From Acetobacteraceae bacterium (GTDB lineage: Bacteria > Pseudomonadota > Alphaproteobacteria > Acetobacterales > Acetobacteraceae), in assembly GCA_965246915.1 (NCBI GenBank), contig CBDFGB010000018.1, positions 11,617 to 75,616 of the forward strand: a stretch of 64,000 nt of DNA. The letters run 5' to 3'. Both the position numbers and the translations under genes were made by a program. Positions within the stretch are counted from its first letter, which is position 1. Every line of letters begins with the position of its first letter. Under the pieces are notes generated by a model. It was given only the letters and a program-made list of their open reading frames with translations, ran no database searches and was not told where the DNA came from. Below are positions 50,867-59,800 of this stretch, one piece after another.

Positions 50867-51033
50867 CCGGACAACTGGACAAGATCGGACATGTCCGGGA
50901 CAAGTCCGACATGTCTACCCGCCAAAGCGGCGGTCCCGGCCGGACAGACACGGACACCCCCCTTAAGGGGTGTCTTGTCCTGTCCGTCCGTCCGATGGCC
51001 CATCTATTTGAAGGGGAAGGACGCAAACCATGA
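50863..51033 (+). CDS. possible 56-aa ORF spanning the GGACA cluster
   Basis: Its ATG overlaps the replicase stop (ATGA) and its TGA overlaps the next ATG (ATGA). The product MTGQLDKIGHVRDKSDMSTRQSGGPGRTDTDTPLKGCLVLSVRPMAHLFEGEGRKP has no recognisable domain. It is below the track length cut-off and was found by hand. Confidence 0.3.
   Translation: MTGQLDKIGHVRDKSDMSTRQSGGPGRTDTDTPLKGCLVLSVRPMAHLFEGEGRKP
50869..50985. repeat. iteron-like cluster of GGACA/TGTCC pentamers and palindromes immediately 3' of the replicase gene
   Basis: GGACA occurs at 50869, 50877, 50887, 50898, 50942 and 50952; TGTCC occurs at 50892, 50976 and 50981. A 12-bp palindrome CGGACATGTCCG lies at 50886-50897 and GACATGTC at 50908-50915. 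A hairpin GACACCCC-ccttaa-GGGGTGTC spans 50953-50974. Confidence 0.6.
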
Positions 51034-51203
51034 ACCAGAACGTTCCCGCGGCGCGCTGCCCCTGCGGACGCGACTCGCAAGCGAAGCGGCAAGGCTGCGA
51101 GCGGTGCGCGGATGCCCCGAAGTCCAGCCGGGCGAGCAAGACCGATCGGCGCTGGACGAGACACGGCCGGAAAGCCAAGGCGAGCCGCTACTACGCGTCC
51201 TGA
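51030..51203 (+). CDS. small basic Cys-rich protein (57 aa, CxC...CxxC)
   Basis: AAGGGGAAGGA RBS. Product MNQNVPAARCPCGRDSQAKRQGCERCADAPKSSRASKTDRRWTRHGRKAKASRYYAS. Hand-translated. Confidence 0.4.
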   Translation: MNQNVPAARCPCGRDSQAKRQGCERCADAPKSSRASKTDRRWTRHGRKAKASRYYAS

Positions 51204-51215
51204 AGGGTTCAAGCC

Positions 51216-51947
51216 ATGAATCAAAACCAAGCCGCCCGCATCAAGGCTGCCAAGACGCGCACCTATATCGCGCGGACCATGGCAGCGTTACCCGCAGAAG
51301 ACCGATCCCCGTTCAAGGCTGCACTGGACGGCACCCGCGATGCGTTCGAAGTCTGGGCACTCGCGCCCGAACAGAACCGCCCGGCCGTGCTCCTGGCGTT
51401 CTACTTGAACCACTGCCCGCCCGATCGCTGGCGCGAGATGATGCGGCTTCAATGGTTGCAGGCTCATCGTGCGTTGTCCGATGCTGCCAAGGCCGCGGGA
51501 GTCGACCGGGTTGAACTGTTCCGCGCCGCGCAATTCGCTATCCCAGCGGACTTGCCCGAGACGTTGACCGTCTTCCGCGGAACCGTGGGCATCATTCCGC
51601 GCGTAGCGGCAACCGGCCTCAGTTGGACCACTGACCGTGCTGGCGCTGCCTGGGTGGCATGCGGGCTGTTGCGAGCGAGAGGCATCGACCCGAGCAAAAC
51701 GCCATGCGTGCTCCGACGCGACGTCCGCCCATCGGAGGTGCTGTTCTTTGAACCGCGGAACGATGCGCTCCAACGCATCGACGAGATCGTCCTGGCGCCC
51801 GGGCCGGCAAGGGTGGATGGCACACCGGCCGATTGGCGCGCGTTTGCCGCCGAGTGGGAGGAAGGCGAGTTGGCGCGGCCGATCGTGAGCGACGAAGTCC
51901 GTGAGGCCATCGCTACAGCGAGGCGTAGGCTGGGCGTAGCGGCCTGA
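51216..51947 (+). CDS. hypothetical protein (243 aa)
   Basis: AAGGG RBS and protein-like composition; the antisense ORFs look spurious. No domain recognised with confidence. Confidence 0.55.
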   Translation: MNQNQAARIKAAKTRTYIARTMAALPAEDRSPFKAALDGTRDAFEVWALAPEQNRPAVLLAFYLNHCPPDRWREMMRLQWLQAHRALSDAAKAAGVDRVELFRAAQFAIPADLPETLTVFRGTVGIIPRVAATGLSWTTDRAGAAWVACGLLRARGIDPSKTPCVLRRDVRPSEVLFFEPRNDALQRIDEIVLAPGPARVDGTPADWRAFAAEWEEGELARPIVSDEVREAIATARRRLGVAA

Positions 51948-52198
51948 GACATGCTGCGCACCTCTCGCGGGCCGCACGGCGCGTGGCGCGAACGTGGAGG
52001 CTGCAGCGTGGCACTGGAACGATGGAGGGGAGGGTTAAGCGTAAAGCGAGTTAGGCGGCGTAACCGTGCCAGTGGTCCATTTTCACCGAGAACAAAAATT
52101 TGAGCCCCGACCCTTCCGTGTTAGGTCAATAATCCTGTCCTGATCTAAGACTATCGCAAAACGCAGATCGGAAAAGCGTCGGGCGCATAGTGTTGCTC

Positions 52199-52262
52199 TG
52201 TAGCGGAAACCACTACGTTACTTCACCGCGCAGTAGATTTTCTTTCGTCTTGACGTCATAGT
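52199..52262 (+). promoter_or_regulatory. promoter/operator module of the head-gene operon (paralogue of 48150-48221)
   Basis: TGTAGCGGAAACCACTAC is the dyad of the 48150 site in inverted orientation. It is followed by CACCGCGCAGTAGATT (52224-52239), a 17-nt spacer and CATAGT (52257-52262), only 6 nt before ATG 52269. Confidence 0.5.
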
Positions 52263-52268
52263 CAGAGT

Positions 52269-52694
52269 ATGAGTTACGCTATACACGCCAGCGCGACGAT
52301 GACCATGCGAGACGTGGCTTTTGCCAGCGGGGTCGGCGCGCGTCGGCTTTGGGAGCTACGTCGACACGGCTTGGAATTGTCCGCGGACGATGTCTCGCGC
52401 CCGCGCGGCATCCATGCGCGATTCACCGAGGCCGATGCTGTAGCCGTCGCGATCCTGGAAGCGACGATTCGCGCTGGCGATCCGCCATCGCGCGCGCTCC
52501 GTCTCGTTGGACATGTGCTCCGCATGATCGGCGGCGCGTACCGCGATAGCCGGGCCGCAGATCTAACCGTGATGTTCGCGAATCTCCGGCTGACCGTCCC
52601 CTGCACGACGATCGAGATTCGCCTTGACGAGATCGCCCGCGGGGTCGCGTCGCGCATCGAATCCCTCAACCTCATAAGGCAGCAATCCCAATGA
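52269..52694 (+). CDS. MerR/excisionase-type HTH protein; small-terminase-like candidate
   Basis: N-terminal MTMRDVAFASGVGARRLWELRRHGL looks like a MerR-type winged HTH. 141 aa; the stop overlaps the capsid ATG (ATGA). The true start may be the internal ATG at 52299 or 52305. Confidence 0.45.
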   Translation: MSYAIHASATMTMRDVAFASGVGARRLWELRRHGLELSADDVSRPRGIHARFTEADAVAVAILEATIRAGDPPSRALRLVGHVLRMIGGAYRDSRAADLTVMFANLRLTVPCTTIEIRLDEIARGVASRIESLNLIRQQSQ

Positions 52695-53938
52695 CCATCC
52701 GTGAGATCCAGGCGAAGCGCAGTGCTGTCGCGACAGAGATGCGCAGCATTCACGCCGGCGCGGCGGATGGCGCCCTATCCTCCGAGGCACAAGTCCGGTG
52801 GACAGCACTAAGCGATCAGGCGGAATCGCTTGCCGCCCAGGAACAGCGCGCCGCGATGTTGGACACCCTCGACCGCGCGGCGACAGGACAACCCCTTGAC
52901 GCAGCTTTCGACCGCGAGCGTGACCGCGTGTCCCTCGGCGATGCGATCCGCGCCGGCCTCGGTGCTACCGATCACGGTGCGGGCCGTGCGCGCGAGATGT
53001 CCGCGGAGATGGCGCGACGGAGCGGGCGCAGCCCGGAAGGCATCCTGTGGTCCATGGGCCATGAGAAGCGCGTGAGCACCGCGGCTGGCAGTGCGGCAAA
53101 CCTGATCGCCACCAACCTGCAGGCTGCGAGCTTCATCGAGCGGCTTTATGCCGCCACTCGCGTGAAGCAGCTGGGCGCCACGGTGCTTTCCGGGCTTCAA
53201 GGCAATGTGGATATCCCCCGCCTAGCCGGCAGCACCACGGCTTACTGGATCGCCGATAACGCTGCAGTGACTGCCTCCGACGCGACCTTCGACAAGGTCT
53301 CGCTACGACCGAAGACCGTAGGCGTGCTGTCCGAGGTGAGCCGCCTCACGCTGCTACAGTCCACGCCCTCGATTGACTCGCTCATTGAGAGTGACATGGC
53401 CCGCGTCCTGGCGCTGGCCTTGGACGCCGCGGCTATTAGCGGACCCGGCACGGGCAATCAGCCGACCGGCATCCTTAATACGGCGGGAATCGGGAACGTC
53501 GCCATGGGCGCCACCGGCGGCGCCCTGACGTATGCCGCGGTCGTCGACCTGATGGGCGAAATTCAGGACGACAGTGCGGATGCGGGCGCGCTGGCGTTCC
53601 TCTCAAACCCCAAGGTCCGCCGGGCTGCTGCCAAGTTGACCACGACCTACAACGAACCCTTGACCGAGGAGGTGGTGTGGCAGTCGATGCCGCGGCAGTT
53701 CACGACCGCAGTTCCGTCAAACCTTACGAAGTCGACGGCTACCGGCTTGTCCGCTCTGATCTACGGCAACTGGTCAGATCTAATCATGGGCATGTGGAGT
53801 GAACTCGATATATTGGTGAATCCTTACGAGTCGACCGCTTACCCGAAAGGGAACGTGCAGATCCGCGCCATGGCAACCATGGACATCGCGGTCCGGCATC
53901 CGGAGTCGTTCGCCGCGATCAAAGACATCGTAGCGTAG
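52691..53938 (+). CDS. HK97-family phage major capsid protein with N-terminal delta/scaffold-like coiled coil
   Basis: MTIREIQAKRSAVATEMRSIHAG...AQEQRAAMLDTLDRA, followed by an HK97-fold body (…LRPKTVGVLSEVSRLTLLQS…, …DILVNPYES…). 415 aa. Confidence 0.9.
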   Translation: MTIREIQAKRSAVATEMRSIHAGAADGALSSEAQVRWTALSDQAESLAAQEQRAAMLDTLDRAATGQPLDAAFDRERDRVSLGDAIRAGLGATDHGAGRAREMSAEMARRSGRSPEGILWSMGHEKRVSTAAGSAANLIATNLQAASFIERLYAATRVKQLGATVLSGLQGNVDIPRLAGSTTAYWIADNAAVTASDATFDKVSLRPKTVGVLSEVSRLTLLQSTPSIDSLIESDMARVLALALDAAAISGPGTGNQPTGILNTAGIGNVAMGATGGALTYAAVVDLMGEIQDDSADAGALAFLSNPKVRRAAAKLTTTYNEPLTEEVVWQSMPRQFTTAVPSNLTKSTATGLSALIYGNWSDLIMGMWSELDILVNPYESTAYPKGNVQIRAMATMDIAVRHPESFAAIKDIVA

Positions 53939-53948
53939 GACTGGGGAC

Positions 53949-54275
53949 GTGGCATCGATCGTCGGCACCGGCACGCTATCGGCGATCGGCCCCGGTGAGG
54001 CCGTGCGTATCTCTGGCGTGTTCAACGTGAGCATTACGACCGCGTCGACCGTCGCGCAGCTGGGCATAGAGCGCAGCTTCGACAATGGGTCGACGTGGCT
54101 CCCGCTGTCGGTTCTCCCCCCGACGGGCAATCAACCCGTGGCGATACAGCTAGGCGTCCCGGGCAGCATCGTCCTGACCGAGCCGGAGGGCGGCACTCTG
54201 TATCGCGTGGTCGCGCGAGCCGACCTTGGCAGTACGACGGTCGCGACTCCGATTACCTGGAGGATCTCGCAATGA
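53949..54275 (+). CDS. hypothetical phage protein (108 aa, beta-rich; possible decoration or head accessory protein)
   Basis: GTG start after GGGGA. The stop overlaps the protease ATG (ATGA). Lies between capsid and protease. Confidence 0.45.
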   Translation: MASIVGTGTLSAIGPGEAVRISGVFNVSITTASTVAQLGIERSFDNGSTWLPLSVLPPTGNQPVAIQLGVPGSIVLTEPEGGTLYRVVARADLGSTTVATPITWRISQ

Positions 54276-54808
54276 GCATTGAGCGACGACATGCGCCGTG
54301 CGAGTTCCGGGCCGCGGCGGCCGGGACGAAGCTGGAGGGTTACGCGGCCGTGTTCGCCAGTCCGGCGCGGATCGGTCAGTTCGTGGAGTCGATTCGCGCG
54401 GGCGCGTTCCGCACGACGTTGGCCAACAAGACGCGCGACGTCCTGGCTCTCGTAGATCACGACTCGACACGCCTGCTCGCCCGCACGTCCAGTGGCACGC
54501 TGCGGCTTGCGGAGGATACGCGCGGCCTGCATTTCAGCCTGGACATCCCCGACACGACGCTAGGCCGCGACGTCCGCGCCCTGGCCGAACGTGGCGACCT
54601 AGGCGGCATGTCCCTAGGCTTCGATCTAGTACCCGGCGGCGACTTCTGGGCCTCAAAAGACATCCGAGAGATTCGCGCGGTGCGGCTGTTCGAAGTCAGC
54701 GTCATCAACGCATTTGCGGCCTACCAAGCGACAAGCATCGCCATCCGCTCCATCGCTCGCGCCGCCGCGGATGCCCGCATACGTGAGATGCGGCTCGCGT
54801 CGTTATGA
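54272..54808 (+). CDS. HK97-family prohead serine protease (S78)
   Basis: LEGYAAVFASPARIGQFVESIRAGAF....LALVDHD....LART.SGTLRL.ED..GL.F......T..G.D......RGDL.GMS.GF is the S78 pattern. ATG 54272. Confidence 0.85.
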   Translation: MSIERRHAPCEFRAAAAGTKLEGYAAVFASPARIGQFVESIRAGAFRTTLANKTRDVLALVDHDSTRLLARTSSGTLRLAEDTRGLHFSLDIPDTTLGRDVRALAERGDLGGMSLGFDLVPGGDFWASKDIREIRAVRLFEVSVINAFAAYQATSIAIRSIARAAADARIREMRLASL

Positions 54809-56094
54809 GCGCAATGGGCCGTCTGTTCCGGCGCAAGCCACGTCCGTCGCCAGCGATCGAGCATCGCGTGATGCAGTGGCCTGCAGCGACGCTGGGCGGC
54901 TTGAACGCGCGTAGCGTCGACACGATCGCCGCGAGCAATCTGACCGCGTATATCGCCTGCATCGACCTCATATCGAAGGCTGTAGCCGGTCTACCGGCAT
55001 CGATCATGCGCGACGATGGGCGGGGAGGACGTGTCCCGGCGCCGGGTGCTCCGGCATCGCGACTGCTGACGCGACCGAGCAAGCATCAACCGTGGCCCTC
55101 GTATATCTCGACCGTGGTCGGGTCCCTCCTCGAACATGGCAACAGCGTCTCCTTGATTCAGACCGACGGACGCGGCAACGTGACTGGTCTTGTGCATGTG
55201 CCGTATGCTTGGCTCGCGCCGGTCATTCTGCAGAGCGACGCTGGCGCGCGGCTCGCGTTCGATCTGCGACAGATCACGGCGCAGTCGACCTTGCTCGGGA
55301 TTCCGCGGCGCATGATCTCGGGCGAAGATTGCGTACACGTCATGATGGGCAGCGCGGACGGCATCGTTGGCCGCGGGGTCCTGGAGCGCGCGCCACGGCC
55401 GATTCAAGCCGCGCTAGAGATCAACGAGTGGGCCGCGCAGTTCTATCGCAATGGCACCGCTGCAACCGGAGTCGTCTCGCTCCCTCCGAACATCAGCAAG
55501 CCCGGCATGGACCGGCTTGAAGCGTGGTTCACGGACAAGTACACCGGCATCGACAACGTCGGCCGTCCGCTGTTCCTGGACGCCGGGTCGGAGTTCACAC
55601 CGCTCTCGGCCACGTCAGTTGAAGCGCAAGTCCTGGAGTCGCGCCGGTTCGCGGTCGAGGAGATATGCAGGCTATTCGGAGTCCCGGTGGAACTGGTCAT
55701 GAGCGGAACCAGTGCGCCAGCCAGCTTGACCCCTTATCTCGCGGCCTTCGCAACGATGAGCGTGGGGCCGCTGGTCCAACTGATCGAATGGGCGTTCGAC
55801 GATATCCTCCCGGTGGGCGAGCACCTGTTCCTTGATACGGCTGGTCTGGTTCGTGGCGATTGGACGGCAGTGGCAGCTGCACAAGCCGTACTCGTGCAAT
55901 CAGGCATCGCGACCGCGAACGATGCCCGCCGGGCAATCGGCCTCCAGCCGCATAAGGACGGTGATGCGCTCCGCGTCGGCTCACCGCCGTCATACCCCGC
56001 CGACGCGACCGGCTCGCCGAGTCTGGCCCCGAAACCCGGGCCGGGCGGCAATCTACCCAATGTAGGTACGCACCAGAACGAAGGCCGCGGCTAG
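54805..56094 (+). CDS. HK97-family phage portal protein
   Basis: 429 aa. The ATG overlaps the protease stop. Portal-like segments: SNLTAYIACIDLISKAVAGLP, HGNSVSLI, FYRNGTAATGVVS, DAGSEFTPLS, ...EEICRLFGVP. Confidence 0.85.
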   Translation: MSAMGRLFRRKPRPSPAIEHRVMQWPAATLGGLNARSVDTIAASNLTAYIACIDLISKAVAGLPASIMRDDGRGGRVPAPGAPASRLLTRPSKHQPWPSYISTVVGSLLEHGNSVSLIQTDGRGNVTGLVHVPYAWLAPVILQSDAGARLAFDLRQITAQSTLLGIPRRMISGEDCVHVMMGSADGIVGRGVLERAPRPIQAALEINEWAAQFYRNGTAATGVVSLPPNISKPGMDRLEAWFTDKYTGIDNVGRPLFLDAGSEFTPLSATSVEAQVLESRRFAVEEICRLFGVPVELVMSGTSAPASLTPYLAAFATMSVGPLVQLIEWAFDDILPVGEHLFLDTAGLVRGDWTAVAAAQAVLVQSGIATANDARRAIGLQPHKDGDALRVGSPPSYPADATGSPSLAPKPGPGGNLPNVGTHQNEGRG

Positions 56095-56184
56095 CAAAAT
56101 GCGTGCGATGTAGCCGGAGATGCTACTTGCGCAATGATCGGAAGCCGGTCCAGATGGCGTCGGTTCAACCGAGGGAAACATACA

Positions 56185-56463
56185 ATGCCCAACGATACGA
56201 TGTTCCTGGCACGCGCCGCCCGTGAGGCCGAGGACGCGATGAACACTGCGCCCGATCCGGCAGCGCTCCAGCGGTTTATGTCGGAATGGTCGAGGCTAAT
56301 GCGCAAGCTGGCGACGCGGCCCGCCCGGACGATGGCGGAGGCTCATGCCAAGGCGGAGGCGATACGGGCCACGGTCCAGGGGAATGACTGGCAGTCTCGT
56401 TTTGTGACCGGGTTGATCGACGACGTGAAGCGAATTGCAGGGGTGCGGGCAGGCGGGGCTTAG
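56185..56463 (+). CDS. hypothetical helical protein (92 aa)
   Basis: GAGGGAAA RBS before the ATG at 56185. Followed by the hairpin GGCCCGGGGA...TCCCCGGGCC (56484-56518). Confidence 0.4.
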   Translation: MPNDTMFLARAAREAEDAMNTAPDPAALQRFMSEWSRLMRKLATRPARTMAEAHAKAEAIRATVQGNDWQSRFVTGLIDDVKRIAGVRAGGA

Positions 56464-56586
56464 GCGCTCGTCGCGCAGTCGGCGGCCCGGGGATTTCGGT
56501 GGCCCGAGTCCCCGGGCCGATCTACGCAATAGGTTCCATCCGTCTCCTCACCTTACGCCTACCGGACCAACACATGAGGTCCGGAA

Positions 56587-56664
56587 ATGACAACGATGCA
56601 CTCCATCAGCCTTGCAATCCTGATCCTGGAGATCGTCAAGATGTTCCTCGAATTGCGACGCTGA
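56587..56664 (+). CDS. candidate 25-aa hydrophobic peptide (MTTMHSISLAILILEIVKMFLELRR)
   Basis: GAGG lies 7 nt upstream of the ATG, and the SD can pair in the hairpin CCGGACC-N9-GGTCCGG (56563-56585). A/T-richer locus next to attR. Hand-found, below the track cut-off. Confidence 0.3.
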   Translation: MTTMHSISLAILILEIVKMFLELRR

Positions 56665-56677
56665 TGGCAGTTCAAAT

Positions 56678-56731
56678 CCTTCCAACTAGCTTTTCCCGCC
56701 TCGCGGTTTGCTGGCCTTGTGAGTTGGAAGG
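56678..56731 (+). terminator. hairpin made of two inverted CCTTCCAACT motifs followed by a T-rich tract (terminator and/or integrase arm sites)
   Basis: CCTTCCAACT (56678-56687) pairs with AGTTGGAAGG (56722-56731), followed by TTTACGAGGCTTTTAT. The same decamer occurs at 46256 and 46290 beside attL. Confidence 0.4.
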
Positions 56732-56759
56732 TTTACGAGGCTTTTATCCGACTGTTCGC

Positions 56760-56803
<44 letters not shown>

Positions 56804-56805
56804 GC

Positions 56806-59800
56806 CTACTCAATCCTCAGTATTCCTAGCGTCTCGCCGCCCTTGACCTCACGGCCGGGCGCGCAGAGCCACCTTTGAATACGCCCGGCGGCGCCGGCCA
56901 CGACGCTGATCTCCGTCTTCATCGATTCGATGATGGCAACCGCCTGGCCGGGGAACACGCGCTCGCCCACCGTCACGAGAACCTTCCAGACGATCCCCGG
57001 CACCGGGGACGCAAGGGCGGCGCAGCCGGTGGGGATGTCATCGGTGGCGACATCGGCTGTCTCCGCCGGCTCGAACCGGTCCAGTCCGCGCGCCGTCCAG
57101 TCCTGGCGTTCCGCCTCGAAGGCCGCCTGCTGGCACGCCCGCGCGACGGCGATCTCAGCCGCATGCCGGGCCAGGAACGTGTCGTACGCGACGGTCTCGA
57201 AGGCCGTCTCCTCAATACGGATATCGTAGCGGCCGTGCGGAAACGCCGCTCGCGCATCGAGAAGTTCCTCCTCCGAAACCGGAAAGAACCGGATCTGGTC
57301 GAAAAACCTCAGCAGCGGCCGCTTCGTGAACGCCGTCGTCCTGCGCCAGGAGTTCCAGACCTGGATGGTGCGGCCGAACAGCTGGTATCCGCCTGGCCCC
57401 TCCATTCCGTAGATGCACATATACGCCCCGCCGATCCCCACCGCGTTCTGCGGGGTCCAGGGCCGGGCTGGATTGTATTTGGTCGTGACCAGCCGGTGCC
57501 GAGGGTCCAGCGGCGTGGCGACCGGCGCGCCCAGATAGACGTCGCCCAGCCCCATCACGAGGTAGCTCGCGTCGAAGACGATCGCGCGCACGTCGTCTTC
57601 CGACGCGAGGCCGTTGATGCGGCGGATGAACTCGATGTTGGACGGGCACCAGGGCGCGTCGGCTCGCACCAGATCCTGATACCGCAGCATCGCGAGCCGC
57701 GTCTGTGGATCGTCCCACGACAGCGGCAAATGGACGATGCGGCTCGGGATCTTGACGTCGGCGGTAGACGACAGGCCCGCCTCGATCCGCGTCACGGCAT
57801 CCAGCAGGTATTGTAGCGACAGCGCCGCCGGATCGTAATGCACTTGGAGCGATCGGATGCCGGGCGTCAGGTCGATCACGCCCGGCAAGGCTTCGTCCTT
57901 CAGCGCGTCATGGAGCAGCTGCACCCGAAGGCGCAGGCGGATGTCGAGCATCAGCGGCCCGTATTCGATCAGGATGTTGGCGTCCCCGGCACGACGGACG
58001 ACGACGCTCGTCTCGCCGTCGATCCGCAGCAACACGGGATCGCCCGCCGGCTGCGACGCACTGTCCGGCGGGCCAAGCGACGGCGTCGCCAGGCGTCGGA
58101 AGCGGACCGTGTCGCCGGGCCGAAGGTGCCCCAGCTTCCACAGATCCTCGCTTGCCACCACGGCCGGGCAGACGAATCCGCCGAGGCTCGGCCCGTCCGG
58201 CCCGAGGATGATCGGCATGTCGCCGGTGAAGTCGACCGCCCCGATCGCATAGGCGTTGTCGTGGATGTTCGATGGATGCAGGCCCGCCTCGCCACCGTCG
58301 CGACGCGCCCATCGCGGCTTCGGGCCGATCAACCGGATGCCGGTCCGGGCGCTGTTGTAGTGCACCTCGTACTCACGGCCGAACAGATCGGCGATGTCGT
58401 CCGGATGGAAAAAATCCGGCGCGCCGTGCGGCCCGTAGAGGACGAGGAGATCCCACGCGCCGGTCAGCGGCGCGGGCGGCAGCGGCGGGCTTTCGACAGG
58501 TGGCTGATCGTCGAGCCGCAGCACATCGCCGACCCGCAGAACGCCGGTGGCATGGCCGCCAAACCCACCCAATGCGAAAGTCGCGCGCGAGCCCATGAAG
58601 ACGGGGGCCGCGATCCCGCCCCGCACCGCGAGCGTGGCGCGCATTCCGCGGCCCTCGATCGCACCGATCGTCAAGATTTCGCCACGCCGGACGCCGAACG
58701 CCGTGTCGTGCGGGACAACCGCGCCGTCGACGGTGGCCACCATTACCGCGCCGCAGATCGCGACGAGCGCGTCCGTGTCGAACCGCAACGTCGGGCCCGC
58801 CAGCGTCATCTCCAGCGCCGCCATCTCGGGCGGGTTGCGGACCAGCGCGTTGGCGCGGCGGTGGCTCCAGGGGTCCATCGGCCCGCTGGGCGGCACGCCC
58901 ACCGCCCAGGCGCCAAGCCGCCCGGGCAGTTCCTGCACGCTGCTTTGGGTGCCTGGCGACAGGACCGCGACCGCACGTGGCGCGAACGCGACGGCCGCGA
59001 GCGTGGCGGTCGTCATTTTCGCGTCGCCGAACGCCGGCACGTCGAGGATCGTCGCCAGATAGTCGAGGTTGGTTTCGACACCCCAGATCGCGCTCTCCGT
59101 CACGGCGCGTCGCAGGTTCGCGACGGCCTCGGCGCGTGTGTTGCCGCGGCCGATCAGTTTTGCCAGGAGCGGATCGTAGTGGGGCGTCACCTCCACGCCG
59201 GTTTCGATCCAGGTCTCGACGCGCACATTCGGCGCCCATCGCACCTCGGTCAGCAGCCCGGTGCTGGGGCGGAAATTCTCCGCGGCGTTCTCCGCATAGA
59301 CGCGCGCCTCGATCGCATGGCCGCGCGACATCAGCCGGTCCTGCGGAGGCAGGTCGAATTCGCCCGCCGCGTGCCGCACCATCCATTCGACCAGATCGAC
59401 GTCGAACACGTCTTCCGTCACGCAGTGCTCGACCTGCAGACGTGTGTTCACTTCCAGGAAGTAGAACGCCTCGGCGTGCGCGTCGTACAGGAACTCCACG
59501 GTCCCGGCGCTCGCGTAGCGAGCTCTTCGACACAGCGCGCGCGCGGCCTCATGCAGCGCCAAGCGCACCCTGTCCGACAGCCCCGGCGCGGGCGTCTCCT
59601 CAATGACCTTCTGATGGCGTCGCTGCAACGAACAATCGCGGTCGCCGAGGCTGACCACGCGACCCTCGCCATCGCCAAAGATCTGCACCTCGACGTGGCG
59701 AGCCTGAGCGACATATTTCTCGAGGTATACGCGCTCATCGCCGAAATTGGCCCGCGCCATCCGTTGCACGATCGTGAACTTCTCCACCAGCTCAACCGCG

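Noticed and set aside
50891-51514. 207-aa plus-strand ORF across the iteron region and the following genes
   Set aside because: It is out of frame with better-supported ORFs (51030-51203 and 51216-51947) that have RBSs. Its product is Arg/Pro/Ser-rich.
51216-51947. Possible ADP-ribosyltransferase (R-S-E) motifs in the 243-aa element protein (TVFRG … GLSWTTD … IDEIVL)
   Set aside because: The Arg-to-Ser spacing is only about 15 residues, and there is no E/Q-x-E. The match is short-motif pattern-spotting only. It is kept as hypothetical and would need a profile or structure search to revive.
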